The notes under the pieces: generated by a model
Database searches by the model: none
Told to the model about the DNA's origin: nothing
Seen by the model: the letters and a program-made list of their open reading frames with translations, nothing else
Shown here: one piece after another, positions 8,521 to 19,200 of the stretch
Position numbering within the stretch: the stretch's first letter is position 1
Layout: the number at the start of each line of letters is the position of its first letter
Made by a program: the position numbers and the translations under genes
Origin: Gemmatimonadota bacterium
Lineage (GTDB): Bacteria > Gemmatimonadota > Gemmatimonadetes > JACCXV01 > JAHWKZ01
Direction: 5' to 3'
Assembly: GCA_039589035.1 (NCBI GenBank)
Contig: JBDHIC010000002.1
Location: 1-36,540, forward strand
Length of the DNA: 36,540 nt

Positions 8521-9858
8521 ATGCGAAAAGAGCGAAAGCCACCCGCTGTCAAGCTAAAGGGAAAGCGGCCCGAGTCGTTGATGATGAGCTACGGTTATCA
8601 CCCTGAATGGTCAGAGGGCGCGGTCAAACCGCCCGTTTTTCAGACCTCCACGTTCGCCTTCCGCTCGGCGGAAGAAGGGAAGGAGTACTTCGCCTGCGCG
8701 TACGGCTTGACTGAGGAGGATCCCGAGCATCCGATCGGTTTGATCTACAGTCGGTTGAACAACCCCGACCTGGAGATCTTGGAAGACCGTTTGAACCTGT
8801 GGGACGACGCGGAGGCGAGCGTCGTTTTTGCATCGGGTATGGCGGCGATCTCGACCACCTTGCTGACACTCGTGCAGCCGGGTCATGCGATCGTTTTCTC
8901 GCGACCCCTGTATGGGGGCACGGACTTCCTCTTGGAGGAGATGGTGCCCGCAATGGGAATCGCGACACGTGAGTTTGAGGCCGGCGCTGAGCCTGCCGAA
9001 GTAGAACGCATCTGCCGTGAGCTCGAGGCCGCTGGAACGCCCTGCGGGGTGGTCTTCCTGGAGACGCCTGCCAACCCGACGACGACGCTCACCGACATCG
9101 AAAGAATGTCAGAAGTAGCCCACCGATTCGATGCGCTCTGTGCCGTCGACAACACGTTGCTGGGGCCGCTCTATCAACAGCCGCTGCAATGTGGCGCTGA
9201 TCTGGTCCTCTATTCTGCAACCAAGTACCTGGGGGGCCATAGCGATCTGGTGGCGGGGGTGTGTCTCGGCGCGAAAGAGCACATCGATCGCATAAAGATG
9301 TTTCGAACGATTTTGGGCACCATGCTCGACCCGCACTCGGCATGGTTGCTGATGCGGTCGCTCGAGACAGCCAAGTTGAGGATGACCTGTTCGCGGAAGA
9401 ACGCGGAAACGATCGCAAGGTGGCTGCTAGAGCAGCCGTGGGTTGGTAAGGTGAATTTCCCGGGCCTCTTGACATCGGGGGAGCAGAAAGAGATCTACGA
9501 CCGGCAATGTTCTGGCCCAGGGGCGCTGCTGTCGTTCGAGCTCGTTGGCGGCGATGAGGCCAAGGCGTTTCGTTTTCTCAACGCGGTTCGACTGATCAAG
9601 CTGGCCGTCAGCCTAGGCGGTAACGAGTCGCTGATTGAGCATCCGGCGACGATGACCCACGCTGACGTGCCGCCGGAAGAGCAACTGGCAATAGGCATCA
9701 CACCAGCATTGATTCGCTTGTCGGTTGGCATCGAGCACCCGGACGACCTGATTGCTGATCTCAGTCGCGCCGCCGAGCAGCTGGAGGTCCCGAATGACGT
9801 ACCAGTTGAGACACCAGGTCCCCCCGCCGACCCCGTTCTATCCGGAGAGGTGGTATGA
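8521..9858 (+). CDS. Cys/Met-metabolism PLP-dependent enzyme (methionine gamma-lyase / cystathionine gamma-synthase family)
   Basis: RBS AGGAGG 8 nt upstream. 'PPVFQTSTF', 'IYSRLNNP', 'VDNTLLGP' and the PLP-lysine motif 'YSATKYLGGHSD'. Has a Pro-rich C-terminal tail. Confidence 0.85.
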   Translation: MRKERKPPAVKLKGKRPESLMMSYGYHPEWSEGAVKPPVFQTSTFAFRSAEEGKEYFACAYGLTEEDPEHPIGLIYSRLNNPDLEILEDRLNLWDDAEASVVFASGMAAISTTLLTLVQPGHAIVFSRPLYGGTDFLLEEMVPAMGIATREFEAGAEPAEVERICRELEAAGTPCGVVFLETPANPTTTLTDIERMSEVAHRFDALCAVDNTLLGPLYQQPLQCGADLVLYSATKYLGGHSDLVAGVCLGAKEHIDRIKMFRTILGTMLDPHSAWLLMRSLETAKLRMTCSRKNAETIARWLLEQPWVGKVNFPGLLTSGEQKEIYDRQCSGPGALLSFELVGGDEAKAFRFLNAVRLIKLAVSLGGNESLIEHPATMTHADVPPEEQLAIGITPALIRLSVGIEHPDDLIADLSRAAEQLEVPNDVPVETPGPPADPVLSGEVV

Positions 9859-9885
9859 GTCGCTGACCCACGGGCGGTCCGCAGC

Positions 9886-12003
9886 ATGAGCGACTCGCTC
9901 TCGGACCGTCCACTCGACCCTATCTTCTCACCCCGATCGATCGCGGTAATCGGTGCTTCGCGTCGTCGCGACTCTATCGGGTTCGCGCTACTTCACAATC
10001 TCGTCGTCAATGAGTTCAACGGGACGATTTTCCCCGTTAATCCGCATGCCCAAGTCATCCACTCGCTGAAGACGTACCCCCGAGTGGGCGATATCCCCGA
10101 CCCAATCGACCTGGCGATCGTCATGGTGCCGCGTGACGCCGTTCTCGACGTGATTGAGGAATGCATCCAGCACGGGGTAAAGGGGCTGGTGGTAATCACC
10201 GCGGGGTTTGCCGAAGTGGGCCCGGTTGGCGCCACGCTAGAGACCCAACTTGGCGAGAGGATTCGTCACGCCGGCGTGCGGATGATCGGACCCAACTGTA
10301 TGGGTGTCATCAACACTGATGAGAGTGTGCGCATGGAGGCCACATTCGCTCCGACGCCAGCCGAGCGCGGGACGATCGGTTTTGTCAGTCAATCCGGCGC
10401 CCTCGGGGTGGCGATTCTGAATGCCGCCGCTGACTTGGGTATCGGGCTCACACAGTTTGTTTCGATGGGCAACAAGACCGATGTCTCGGGCAACGATCTG
10501 CTCGAGCACTGGGAGGACGACGATGCAACCCGGGTGATCTGCATGTACTTGGAGTCGTTCGGGAACCCGAGAAATTTTACGACAATCGCCAAGCGGGTCG
10601 GACGTAAGAAGCCGATTCTGGTGGTGAAATCAGGTCGCACCGCGGAGGGGGCTCGCGCGGCGACAAGTCATACCGGAGCGATTGCGGGAACCGATGTCAC
10701 CGTGTCGACATTTCTCCGACAGTGTGGCGTGTTGCGGGCCAACACGATCGAAGAGCTGTTCGATACGGCCCGGGCGCTAGATCGGTGCCCACTGCCGGCT
10801 GGTGATCGGGTCGGCATCCTAACCAACGCTGGCGGCCCCGCGATCATGGCCACTGACGCCTGCGTAAACCTCGGGTTGCGGATCGCCGACATATCACGGG
10901 AGACCCGTCAGGAGCTCGGCTCGTTCTTGCCAGCTGAAGCGAGCATCGCCAATCCAGTCGACATGATCGCGTCGGCAGGGCCGGCAGATTACCACCGCTC
11001 GCTGGCTTGCCTTTTGGCCGACCCCGGCGTGGACATGATTCTGGCGATCAACGTCACACCGCTCCTGTCGCATCCGACCGATGTTCTGGATGCGATTCGC
11101 CGAGGTGCGTCCGAAGGTCCTGACAAGCCGGTCCTGGCCGTGATGATGGCGACCGAGGAGTTCTACGACGAGGTGCTCGGACATCGGGATCAACCTCCGG
11201 TCTATCGGTTTCCCGAGTCCGCGGCTCGAGCACTATCCCAGCTGCATCGCTACGCATCGTGGCGCCGGCGCCCGGCGGACGTTCCGACACCGGAGTTCTT
11301 GGTAGACGATGCTCGGGTGTCTGCGATACTCGATGAGATCCCAGATGGATACCTGCCGGCACCCCAGGCCGTCCGGGTGCTAGAACTGTACGGCGTGCCG
11401 GTGGCCGCGTGGAGCCAGGTAGGCGATTTGGAAGGCTTGCGATCAGCAGCGGAGGAGCTCGGTTACCCTGTGGTCGTAAAGGCCGAGGTACCAGCGCTTG
11501 TTCACAAGAGTGACGTCGGTGCCGTAAAGGTCGACATACGAAACGCTGATGATCTCGCACATGCGGTCGACGAGATCGATGCGTCGTTGAGCGCAGCGGA
11601 TCATAAAGCCACAGGATACCTGATCCAGGAGATGGTCAGTGGTGGGGTGGAGACGATCTACGGCATCTCAAGCTATCCACAGTTCGGGCCGTTGCTCATG
11701 TTTGGACTCGGTGGCCGCTACGTGGAAGTGCTGGGCGACGTCCGCTTTGGCGTCACTCCACTGGAGCCGGCTGAAGCGGAGGCCATGGTGAAGGGGATTA
11801 GAGGATTCCAGCTCCTAGAAGGTGTCCGGGGCGATCCCGCGGCTGATACAGAGTTCCTCGTCCAGGTGCTGTTACGGATCGCACAGCTCGCCCAGCGCCA
11901 CCCGCGGATTCAGGAGCTCGACATCAACCCGTTCCTGGCGGCTCCTGAGGCAGCTGGCTCGAAGGCGCTGGATGTGAGGATTCGAGTCGGTGACCCCGTT
12001 TGA
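9886..12003 (+). CDS. Fused ADP-forming acyl-/acetyl-CoA synthetase (CoA-binding + succinyl-CoA-ligase-like + ATP-grasp domains)
   Basis: 705 aa. 'PRSIAVIGASRR', 'GPNCMGVIN', 'SQSGALG' and 'SHTGAIAG' (phospho-His loop), then a C-terminal ATP-grasp ('GYPVVVKA...HKSDVGAV'). No GNAT domain, so not a Pat-type acetyltransferase. Confidence 0.85.
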   Translation: MSDSLSDRPLDPIFSPRSIAVIGASRRRDSIGFALLHNLVVNEFNGTIFPVNPHAQVIHSLKTYPRVGDIPDPIDLAIVMVPRDAVLDVIEECIQHGVKGLVVITAGFAEVGPVGATLETQLGERIRHAGVRMIGPNCMGVINTDESVRMEATFAPTPAERGTIGFVSQSGALGVAILNAAADLGIGLTQFVSMGNKTDVSGNDLLEHWEDDDATRVICMYLESFGNPRNFTTIAKRVGRKKPILVVKSGRTAEGARAATSHTGAIAGTDVTVSTFLRQCGVLRANTIEELFDTARALDRCPLPAGDRVGILTNAGGPAIMATDACVNLGLRIADISRETRQELGSFLPAEASIANPVDMIASAGPADYHRSLACLLADPGVDMILAINVTPLLSHPTDVLDAIRRGASEGPDKPVLAVMMATEEFYDEVLGHRDQPPVYRFPESAARALSQLHRYASWRRRPADVPTPEFLVDDARVSAILDEIPDGYLPAPQAVRVLELYGVPVAAWSQVGDLEGLRSAAEELGYPVVVKAEVPALVHKSDVGAVKVDIRNADDLAHAVDEIDASLSAADHKATGYLIQEMVSGGVETIYGISSYPQFGPLLMFGLGGRYVEVLGDVRFGVTPLEPAEAEAMVKGIRGFQLLEGVRGDPAADTEFLVQVLLRIAQLAQRHPRIQELDINPFLAAPEAAGSKALDVRIRVGDPV

Positions 12004-12074
12004 CGAGCATCCGGCTCGCTGCGATCGTCGAGTTTTAGGCTGGCCGACTCGCCGCAAGGACATGTCTGGCGCAA

Positions 12075-12108
12075 AACGGCCCCCGACCAAAGGCGATCGG
12101 GGGCCGTT
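12075..12108 (-). terminator. Stem-loop downstream of the 5'-nucleotidase gene (possible intrinsic terminator)
   Basis: Perfect 12-bp inverted repeat AACGGCCCCCGA / TCGGGGGCCGTT with a 10-nt loop. On the minus strand it runs into TTTTGC, a short U-tract that partly lies in the stem. Confidence 0.4.
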
Positions 12109-12134
12109 CGATAAAGGCCAAAGCGAGTTGATGG

Positions 12135-13997
12135 CTACGGAAGCTCTGTGATGCGGCCCTCTCCGCCGAACGGGTACTGAGCGGCAGTGATCAAGCTACC
12201 CAACCCGTTCTGGATGTAGTTCGACAGAGCCTGCTGATAGGTCACGCCCAGCGTCGTAAAGGGCGCACCTCCGAACGGGTACTCGTCGCCACCCTTGGCC
12301 AGGAAGTCGATCGTTGCGACGGTGAGGTCGGTGCCGGCTACGACGGCACCACCGGTGACGATCATCGTCCCGTCGTCCAAGGTGACTTCCTTGACCCGCG
12401 CGCCGGGTGGATCCGAGCGCACGTAGACAAAGCTGAAGCCCGACACTTGGGCGAAACGGCCGTTGCCCGGCAACGCGCTCACTGCGTTCTCGAGAATATC
12501 CTTGAACTGCGACCGAGGGATGTTCTCGAGCACCGTCACGAAGTTCGGGAAGGGGACCATGCTGAATGTCTGCAGCTCGGTGATGTTGCCCGCGGGAATG
12601 ACGGAGTCGTTGCGGATTCCACCACCGTTCTGGAGTGCCACGTCGGGTGGTGCGACACCGAAGCTGGCGGCGAGTTGCTCAGCCTGCCACTTGAGCGCAT
12701 CGGCGATCAGGTTGCCTTCGTTGGTCTCGAAGTTCCGGACCGAGGACCGGAGACCGTCGAGATCGACCTCGGAGACCCCGATGACGTTCGAAGCGAGGTC
12801 GGCCAATCCGGCCACCACCGGGTCGACGACCCGCGACTGCACGAGCGGGTCGGGTGACACGGCGTCAGGGTAGCCGCCGCCTGCCACACGGACGGGTCCG
12901 CTGTCGTCATCGATGGCGATCAACTCACCGGCCTTGTTGAACCCGACAATCAGTCGTCCGACGTACTTGTAGTTACCCGATGTGGTAACGACCGGCACCG
13001 GCGTTCCGTCCATGTCGGTGGCGATGACCGGGTACCCTCGCGGATCGGCGACGTCTCCAGGAATCAGCAGATCGTCGGGGTTTGCGAGCAGCTCGTCGCC
13101 ACCACCGGCAACGACGATATCGACCCCGTCCAACATCGGAATCAACGTCAGGTCCTCATCCAAGCTCTGCAGGTGAGCGATCAGGATGATCTTGTTGATC
13201 CCCATCATTTCGAGCTTGTCCACCTCGTTCTGGATCTCCCCGGCCACATCGCCGAGGACGATCACATCGCGGGGGCTGGAGATAAAGGGCAGGTCCGGCG
13301 TGGTGGCCCCGATGACGCCGACCTCCTGGCCTCGCTTTACAACGACTGTGCTCTCGGCGATCAGGCCCGCACCAAAAAGTCCCTGCAGACGCGGTTCGCC
13401 GGAGAAGTCGAGGTTGGCGCTCAAGAACGGGGGGTTGGTGAAGCTGAACGACTCGATGAAATCGGCTAGAACATCAGGCCCGAAATCGAACTCGTGGTTT
13501 CCGATCGCTAGCGCGTCGTAGCCGATCAGATCGAGCCCTATCGCGTCGAAGAACGGGACTCCGTTCTGAATACTCAGGTTGAATTCCGGGCCCGCCAAAT
13601 AGTTGTCGCCGGACGTTAACAGAATGGCAGCAGCTCCGGGGTTACTGGTGTTTCGGGGTGGCGGTCCGGTAGCGCCCTTGTCCGCCAGCATCATCGAAGA
13701 GCTGGCTAGCGGTGCGTTCCCGGCCCGCGGGCCTCTCTTTGCTTCGAGCTTGAGGTTCTCGACCACCGTGGCGAAGCGGGCGATGCCGCCAAAGTCCGCC
13801 AGCACTCCATCTCCGGCGTCGATGAGCTGCGACTCACCATCGTTGTTGTGCAGCATGGTGAGCCAAAAATGGATGTTGGCGTCATTTCTGCCTTCGGTGA
13901 GACTGATGATGCCGCCGGATTCTGACGGCGGCCCAGCCACATCGTCGCTACAGCCGACAAACAGCAGAATGGCAGCCAGAGCACACAGACGTCTCAT
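12135..13997 (-). CDS. Lipoprotein bifunctional metallophosphatase / 5'-nucleotidase (UshA-like)
   Basis: 620 aa. Lipobox LLFVGC. Metallophosphoesterase motifs 'LHNNDGES', 'GDNY', 'GNHEFD', 'IAHL'. C-terminal 5'-nucleotidase substrate-binding domain ('NGGGIR', 'FLAKGGDEY'). Confidence 0.85.
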   Translation of the reverse strand: MRRLCALAAILLFVGCSDDVAGPPSESGGIISLTEGRNDANIHFWLTMLHNNDGESQLIDAGDGVLADFGGIARFATVVENLKLEAKRGPRAGNAPLASSSMMLADKGATGPPPRNTSNPGAAAILLTSGDNYLAGPEFNLSIQNGVPFFDAIGLDLIGYDALAIGNHEFDFGPDVLADFIESFSFTNPPFLSANLDFSGEPRLQGLFGAGLIAESTVVVKRGQEVGVIGATTPDLPFISSPRDVIVLGDVAGEIQNEVDKLEMMGINKIILIAHLQSLDEDLTLIPMLDGVDIVVAGGGDELLANPDDLLIPGDVADPRGYPVIATDMDGTPVPVVTTSGNYKYVGRLIVGFNKAGELIAIDDDSGPVRVAGGGYPDAVSPDPLVQSRVVDPVVAGLADLASNVIGVSEVDLDGLRSSVRNFETNEGNLIADALKWQAEQLAASFGVAPPDVALQNGGGIRNDSVIPAGNITELQTFSMVPFPNFVTVLENIPRSQFKDILENAVSALPGNGRFAQVSGFSFVYVRSDPPGARVKEVTLDDGTMIVTGGAVVAGTDLTVATIDFLAKGGDEYPFGGAPFTTLGVTYQQALSNYIQNGLGSLITAAQYPFGGEGRITELP

Positions 13998-14109
13998 AGG
14001 GGGGACCCTCCGAATTGTGTGTAAAGACCGCTCTCTGGCCTGGGAGAGAGTACGATGGGGGATGAGTTAACTCGTGTGGACGGTTTCGGCTAGCCTGGGT
14101 GGGCTGGCA

Positions 14110-16266
14110 CTAGGCTGAGCGCTCGAACTGGTCGGTGGCCTCCGACTGAGGCGGGGGCGCCTCCTTGCGATCGCTCCACATGGCCTCAAAACGGTGGCGC
14201 GGCATCGGTTGCGCAATCAGGTAGCCCTGAACTACGTCGCACCCTTCGGCGCACAAGTAGTCGTACTGCTCCTGGGTCTCGACACCTTCGGCGACGACCT
14301 CCAACCGTAGCTCGTGTGCCATCGCGATGATCGCCGACACAATGCTGGCCTCGGTCGAGTCCTGGATCAGGTCGCGCACGAACGATCGGTCGATCTTGAG
14401 GCGGTCGAGTGGAAACCGTTTCAGATAGCTCAGCGAAGAGTAGCCGGTACCGAAGTCGTCAATCGCAATACGGACGCCCAGATCCTTCAGGTTTGTCAGT
14501 TGGGTTCGGCTCGTTGCCGTGTCCTCCATGAGAACGCTCTCGGTGAGTTCGAGCTCGAGATACGAAGGATCGAGCCCCACCCCCATGATGGCGTTGGCGA
14601 CCTTGATTACGAGATCTGAATCGCGAAATTGTCGCGCTGACAGGTTTACCGAAAGGCGCAGGGGACCGATCTCAGCCTCGACCCATGACGCCGCCTGCGC
14701 GCAGGCTTCTTCGAGCGTCCATTCGCCCATGGGCAGAATCAGGCCCGTCTCCTCGGCCACCGGGATGAACCTTCCCGGGAGCACCATCCCGTGCTCTGGG
14801 TGGTTCCACCGCATGAGGGCTTCGACGCCGGTAATCTGGTGGTTGTTGAGCGATACGAGTGGCTGATAGAAGAGCCCGAGCTCACTGCGCTCGATCGCGT
14901 GCCGAAGATCGTTCTCGATCTCAAACCGTTTTTGATCCCGATCGTCGAGATCCTCCGTGTAGAACTGGTAGTTGTTTCGACCCGCGTCCTTGGCACGGTA
15001 CAAGGCGTTGTCCGCCTTCATGAGCAAGGCCTCAGGGTCCGATTCCTCCGAGAAGAGAATGAGCCCGATGCTGAACGACACGAAGATCTCGGCTTCATTG
15101 ATGTTGAACGGGAATGAGACGTTTTTCAGTATCCGTTCTGCCACCATAGACGCCTCTTTCTCGTTCTGAATGTCCGAGACTAGGATGATGAACTCATCCC
15201 CACCGATGCGCGCCACCATGTCTTCACTTCTCGAGATTCCTCGATCCTCGGTCGGATTATGGCGCACGCACTTTGTCAATCGGGAGGCCACCAAGCGCAG
15301 CAGTTCATCACCAGCCGAGTGGCCAAGGGTGTCGTTGACGCGCTTGAATCGATCGAGATCCAAGTACAGAATCGCTCCGGCTCCCAACGAATCCCTAGGC
15401 TTTAGAGCGGCTTCCAAGGCTGCTTTAAACGAACGCCGGTTTGGAAGGCCGGTCAGCAGGTCGTTATACGCCAGATGCTCCAACTTTTGCTCCAGCCGCC
15501 TTCGTTCGCTGACGTCCTGGATTGTGCCCACGATGCCGGTTGGCTTGCCTTCCTTGTCGAGTTGAACCTCGGCTTGTTCGTGAATGAAGGAAACGTTGGC
15601 GTCCGGCCAAAGAAGTCGATAATGGATCTCGTACGGATCGCCTACTGTCAGTGCTCGATCCCGAGCATCGCTAATCAACTGCAGATCTTCAGGATGGATC
15701 GATTTCGAAAAAGTCTCCAGCGTCAGCGGTTCTTCCTCGGCGAGACGGAATACTTCTCGCGTTTCATCCGATATGTGAGTCACGGTTCCAGCGAGATCGA
15801 TCTCCCAGCTCCCAAGCCTGGAGATGCGCTGCGCGTCCGCGAGACGGGCTTGGCTACGAACGAGGTTTCGCGTGTTCTCGCTCGCCCGCTGGATATACTG
15901 GAGGCGTTGATTGAGTATTTGCCAATTCACGGGCTTGGTGATGAAGTCTGTTGCGCCGGCCTGGTAGGCGCGCTGGATCGAATTGGTGTCCTCCAGCCCC
16001 GTCAGCATGACGATCGGTATGTTCTTGGACCACTCGTCCTCGCGGAGCTTTGCGCAGATCGTGAACCCATCGACGTGAGGTAAAATAACGTCAAGCAAGA
16101 CGATATCCGGCATGACTCTGCGCACGACGTGAACGACGTGGGCACCGTCGGCTACCTCTTCCACAAGAAAACTGTTCTTTTCCAGCGCGCGACGGAGCAG
16201 GGCGCGCTGCGTCGCATCGTCGTCGACGACTAGGATTAGCGGCGCTTGACGCCCGGTCTCGCTCAT
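14110..16266 (-). CDS. Response regulator with REC-PAS-GGDEF-EAL architecture (c-di-GMP synthesis/turnover)
   Basis: Start at ATG 16266 (MSETGRQAPLILVVDDD) overlaps the kinase stop as ATGA. Phospho-acceptor 'VLLDVILP'. PAS region. Intact 'GGDEF', 'EAL' (GVEALMRW) and 'DDFGTGYSSL' motifs. Confidence 0.9.
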   Translation of the reverse strand: MSETGRQAPLILVVDDDATQRALLRRALEKNSFLVEEVADGAHVVHVVRRVMPDIVLLDVILPHVDGFTICAKLREDEWSKNIPIVMLTGLEDTNSIQRAYQAGATDFITKPVNWQILNQRLQYIQRASENTRNLVRSQARLADAQRISRLGSWEIDLAGTVTHISDETREVFRLAEEEPLTLETFSKSIHPEDLQLISDARDRALTVGDPYEIHYRLLWPDANVSFIHEQAEVQLDKEGKPTGIVGTIQDVSERRRLEQKLEHLAYNDLLTGLPNRRSFKAALEAALKPRDSLGAGAILYLDLDRFKRVNDTLGHSAGDELLRLVASRLTKCVRHNPTEDRGISRSEDMVARIGGDEFIILVSDIQNEKEASMVAERILKNVSFPFNINEAEIFVSFSIGLILFSEESDPEALLMKADNALYRAKDAGRNNYQFYTEDLDDRDQKRFEIENDLRHAIERSELGLFYQPLVSLNNHQITGVEALMRWNHPEHGMVLPGRFIPVAEETGLILPMGEWTLEEACAQAASWVEAEIGPLRLSVNLSARQFRDSDLVIKVANAIMGVGLDPSYLELELTESVLMEDTATSRTQLTNLKDLGVRIAIDDFGTGYSSLSYLKRFPLDRLKIDRSFVRDLIQDSTEASIVSAIIAMAHELRLEVVAEGVETQEQYDYLCAEGCDVVQGYLIAQPMPRHRFEAMWSDRKEAPPPQSEATDQFERSA

Positions 16267-19200
16267 GCCGTGTTCGCCAGTCGAGCCGGGTCTGGCACCG
16301 GCGGCTGCACTTCGGCCCGCAACGCGACGATGACAGCCGCGAACTCGCTCTCGATCTGAACCACAATCGATTCCGCTGGCTCGACGGAACCATCGGCGGC
16401 CAACGCTTGGACCTCCTTGCAAAGCGCGGACAGGTCAGTCGCGCCGAGGCTGGCGCTGCTCGATTTCAGGGTGTGGGCGGCAACCTTGAGCGCGGGAGCA
16501 TCGTTGGCCCGCAGCGCGGCCTTCATCTCCTGGATCAGGTCTCCGGTGTCGCTGATAAACTGTTCGATGATGTTCTGCAAGAACTCCGAGTCGTCATCCG
16601 TCATGAGTGAGCGGATCTCGGCAAGCCTGCTGGCGTCGAGCACGACCGCTTGCGCAGGAGCCTGAACCGGCTGCACTTGGTCGTCTTGCTCGTCAATTTG
16701 CGGATCCAATCCGTTGGGCATCCAGCGCTTGAGAGTCTCTGCCAGATCGTTGAGTCGGAAAGGCTTCCTCAGGTAGTCGTTCATGCCAAAGGGAAGCCCG
16801 CCTTCCGATTGACTGTTTAGCTCATGACCGGTGACGGCAATGATCGGAATGGGCTCTTTGTCGGTGATCGTGATCTCCCTGGCGCGTAACGCCCGCGCCG
16901 CCTCAAAACCGTCCAACCCGGGCATCTGGCAATCCATCAGAATGACGTCGTACTCAGCCTTGCCCACGACATCGAGCAGTTGAGCACCGTCTCTGACGAC
17001 GTCTACTTCGCAACCCAGTTTCTTCACCATGATCGAGATCAAGTCCTGGCTCGTGGTGTTATCCTCCGCCAAGAGGACCCGAAGGCCCAGGGACTCTCGC
17101 TCTTGAGTGTCGCTTGGCTCTGACGTCTTCATTGGCGATTCCTCTCTTGGCTGTTGACCAATCCAACGGACGATCGTTTCTTGCAGTTCATTGCAGCTGT
17201 ACGGCTTGCTCAGGAAGTCATTCATACCAGCCGCGAAGCATGCGTCGCGCGTTCTCTGTAACGCGTATGCGGTCAGGGCGATAATCGGGATGGGCTGGTC
17301 TCCATTCTGTGTTTCGTGTTCGCGGATCCGTCGGGTGGCCTCGAACCCATCCATCTCTGGCATCTCGCAATCCATCAGAATCAGATGAAAGCTCTCTTTG
17401 TCAAATGCTTCAAGCGCCGCGATTCCTGTCCCTACCACTGTCGTTTCGCACCCGAGTTTTCCGAGCATGGCGAGCGCCACCTGCTGATTGACGGCATTGT
17501 CTTCTGCCAGCAGGACGCGCACCCCGGTGGTGTCGTCGTTTCTGAGTGAGCCCTGTGCACCGCCAAGCTCTGATCTGGCCAGCTGCTGCTCCGACGATGG
17601 GGACACGTAGGCCGCCAGTTTCTCGAAGAGTTGGGTTTGGGATACGGGCTTGGTTAGGCAGCACAGAACGCCTTGATCCCGCAGCAACTGTGAGTCACGC
17701 TCGAACCCGAGAGAAGTCAGCAGAACGAGCTGCGTTTTGGCCAAGCTCGGATCAGATCGGATCGCATAGGTGAGCTCCAACCCGTCCATGCCGGGCATCT
17801 TCATGTCGAGGATCGCGAGGTCAAAGGGGTCGTCTGCTGAGACAGCCCTTCTGAGCATAGCGATGGCCTCGAAACCATCCGCTGAGCAGTCGGTCCGCAT
17901 GCCCAATGAACGCAGCTGGTTTTCCAGGATTTCACGGTTCGTCTGGCTGTCGTCGACTACCAGAACATGAAGCCCCCTGAGCTGCAGGTAGTCGGCTCGC
18001 CCGGTCTCGGTCTCGAGTCCGGCGACGTTTGCCAGTTGAATCCTGAACCAGAATGTGGATCCACCGCCTTCCTTGCTGTCGGCGCCGATCTCGCCGCCCA
18101 TTGCCTCAGCAAGCTGTTTGGAGATGGCCAGACCCAAACCTGTGCCCCCGAACCTTCTAGATGTCGAGCTGTCTGCTTGGTCGAAGAGGTTGAAGACGCG
18201 CTCACGCGCCTCAGGAGAGATGCCGACGCCGGTGTCCTTGACTTCAACCTGAAGCGTCGTATGGCTATCATATTGCTGCGGGCACCAGGCGCTTACGACG
18301 ACCTCACCTTCCTGGGTAAACTTGATCGCATTGCTGGTGAGGTTGACGATCACCTGGCGCAAACGACCGGGGTCCCCGACGACCCGCCGGGGCACCTCGC
18401 TCGCGATTTCGCATGCCAACTCGATATCCTTTTTGTAGGCCTCCTCGGCGAACATGCCGACGGCTTCGTCGATCAACATCCACAGGTCGAACTCAACCTC
18501 CTCGAGGACAAGCTTTCCGGCCTCGATCTTCGAAAAGTCCAGGATGCTGTTGATTAACTCGAGCAACGTTTCACCCGACTTGCGGACAGTGGTCGCGAGC
18601 TCGTGCTGAGATTCGCTCAACTCGGTCTGAAGAAGCAGCTCAGTCATTCCGAGGACACCGTTCATCGGGGTCCGGATCTCGTGGCTCATCTTGGCCAGAA
18701 AGTCCGACTTCGCGTTGTTGGCGGCGTCCGCTGATTCTTTTGCCTGTTGGAGCTCAACGTTGGCTTGGGTGCGCTTCTCAACTTCGTTCTCCAGAAAGTC
18801 ACTGTGTTGTGCCAGCTGTATGCTCTGCGCCTGAATGTGGCTCAGCATTTGGTTGAACCCGCTGATCAGCGTACCGATCTCGTCCTTTGACTTTCTCGCC
18901 TCTGCTTGAACGCTGTAGTCCCCATCGATCGAGATCTTCTTCATGACATTCGTCAGCGAGCGGATCGGGTCCGAGATACGTCGCTGAAACATGGCCGACA
19001 GAATGAAGGCCAAAAGCGAAAGGGAGATCAGCACGATGCCGCCAACGTCTCCATAAGACTCGATGCGAGAGCGAAGAACTCCGAGGTCGGATCGGATCCA
19101 AAGGGTACCGACCGTCTGCCCGTCGACGACGATCTTTTTGGTAAGGTCTAACGCGTCTCTCGAGAACCGATGGTGGACAGCTCCGGCGAGTAGCTGTGGG

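Noticed and set aside
12002-12036. Possible terminator after the acyl-CoA synthetase gene (CGAGC-ATCCG-GCTCG nested in GACGA...TCGTC, followed by GAGTTTTA).
   Set aside because: Short, interrupted stems and only a 4-nt T-run. Too weak to call without energy calculation or transcript-end data.
16267-16422. N-terminal 52-aa extension of the response-regulator ORF. Analogous extensions occur at 3684-3860, 3820-3888, 6292-6318, 20213-20278, 24023-24106, 25754-25840, 29333-29485 and 29925-30128.
   Set aside because: The extensions overlap upstream genes or regulatory RNA and are Arg-rich. Internal ATGs with RBS or stop-start overlap give canonical N-termini such as signal peptides, REC or Rossmann starts.
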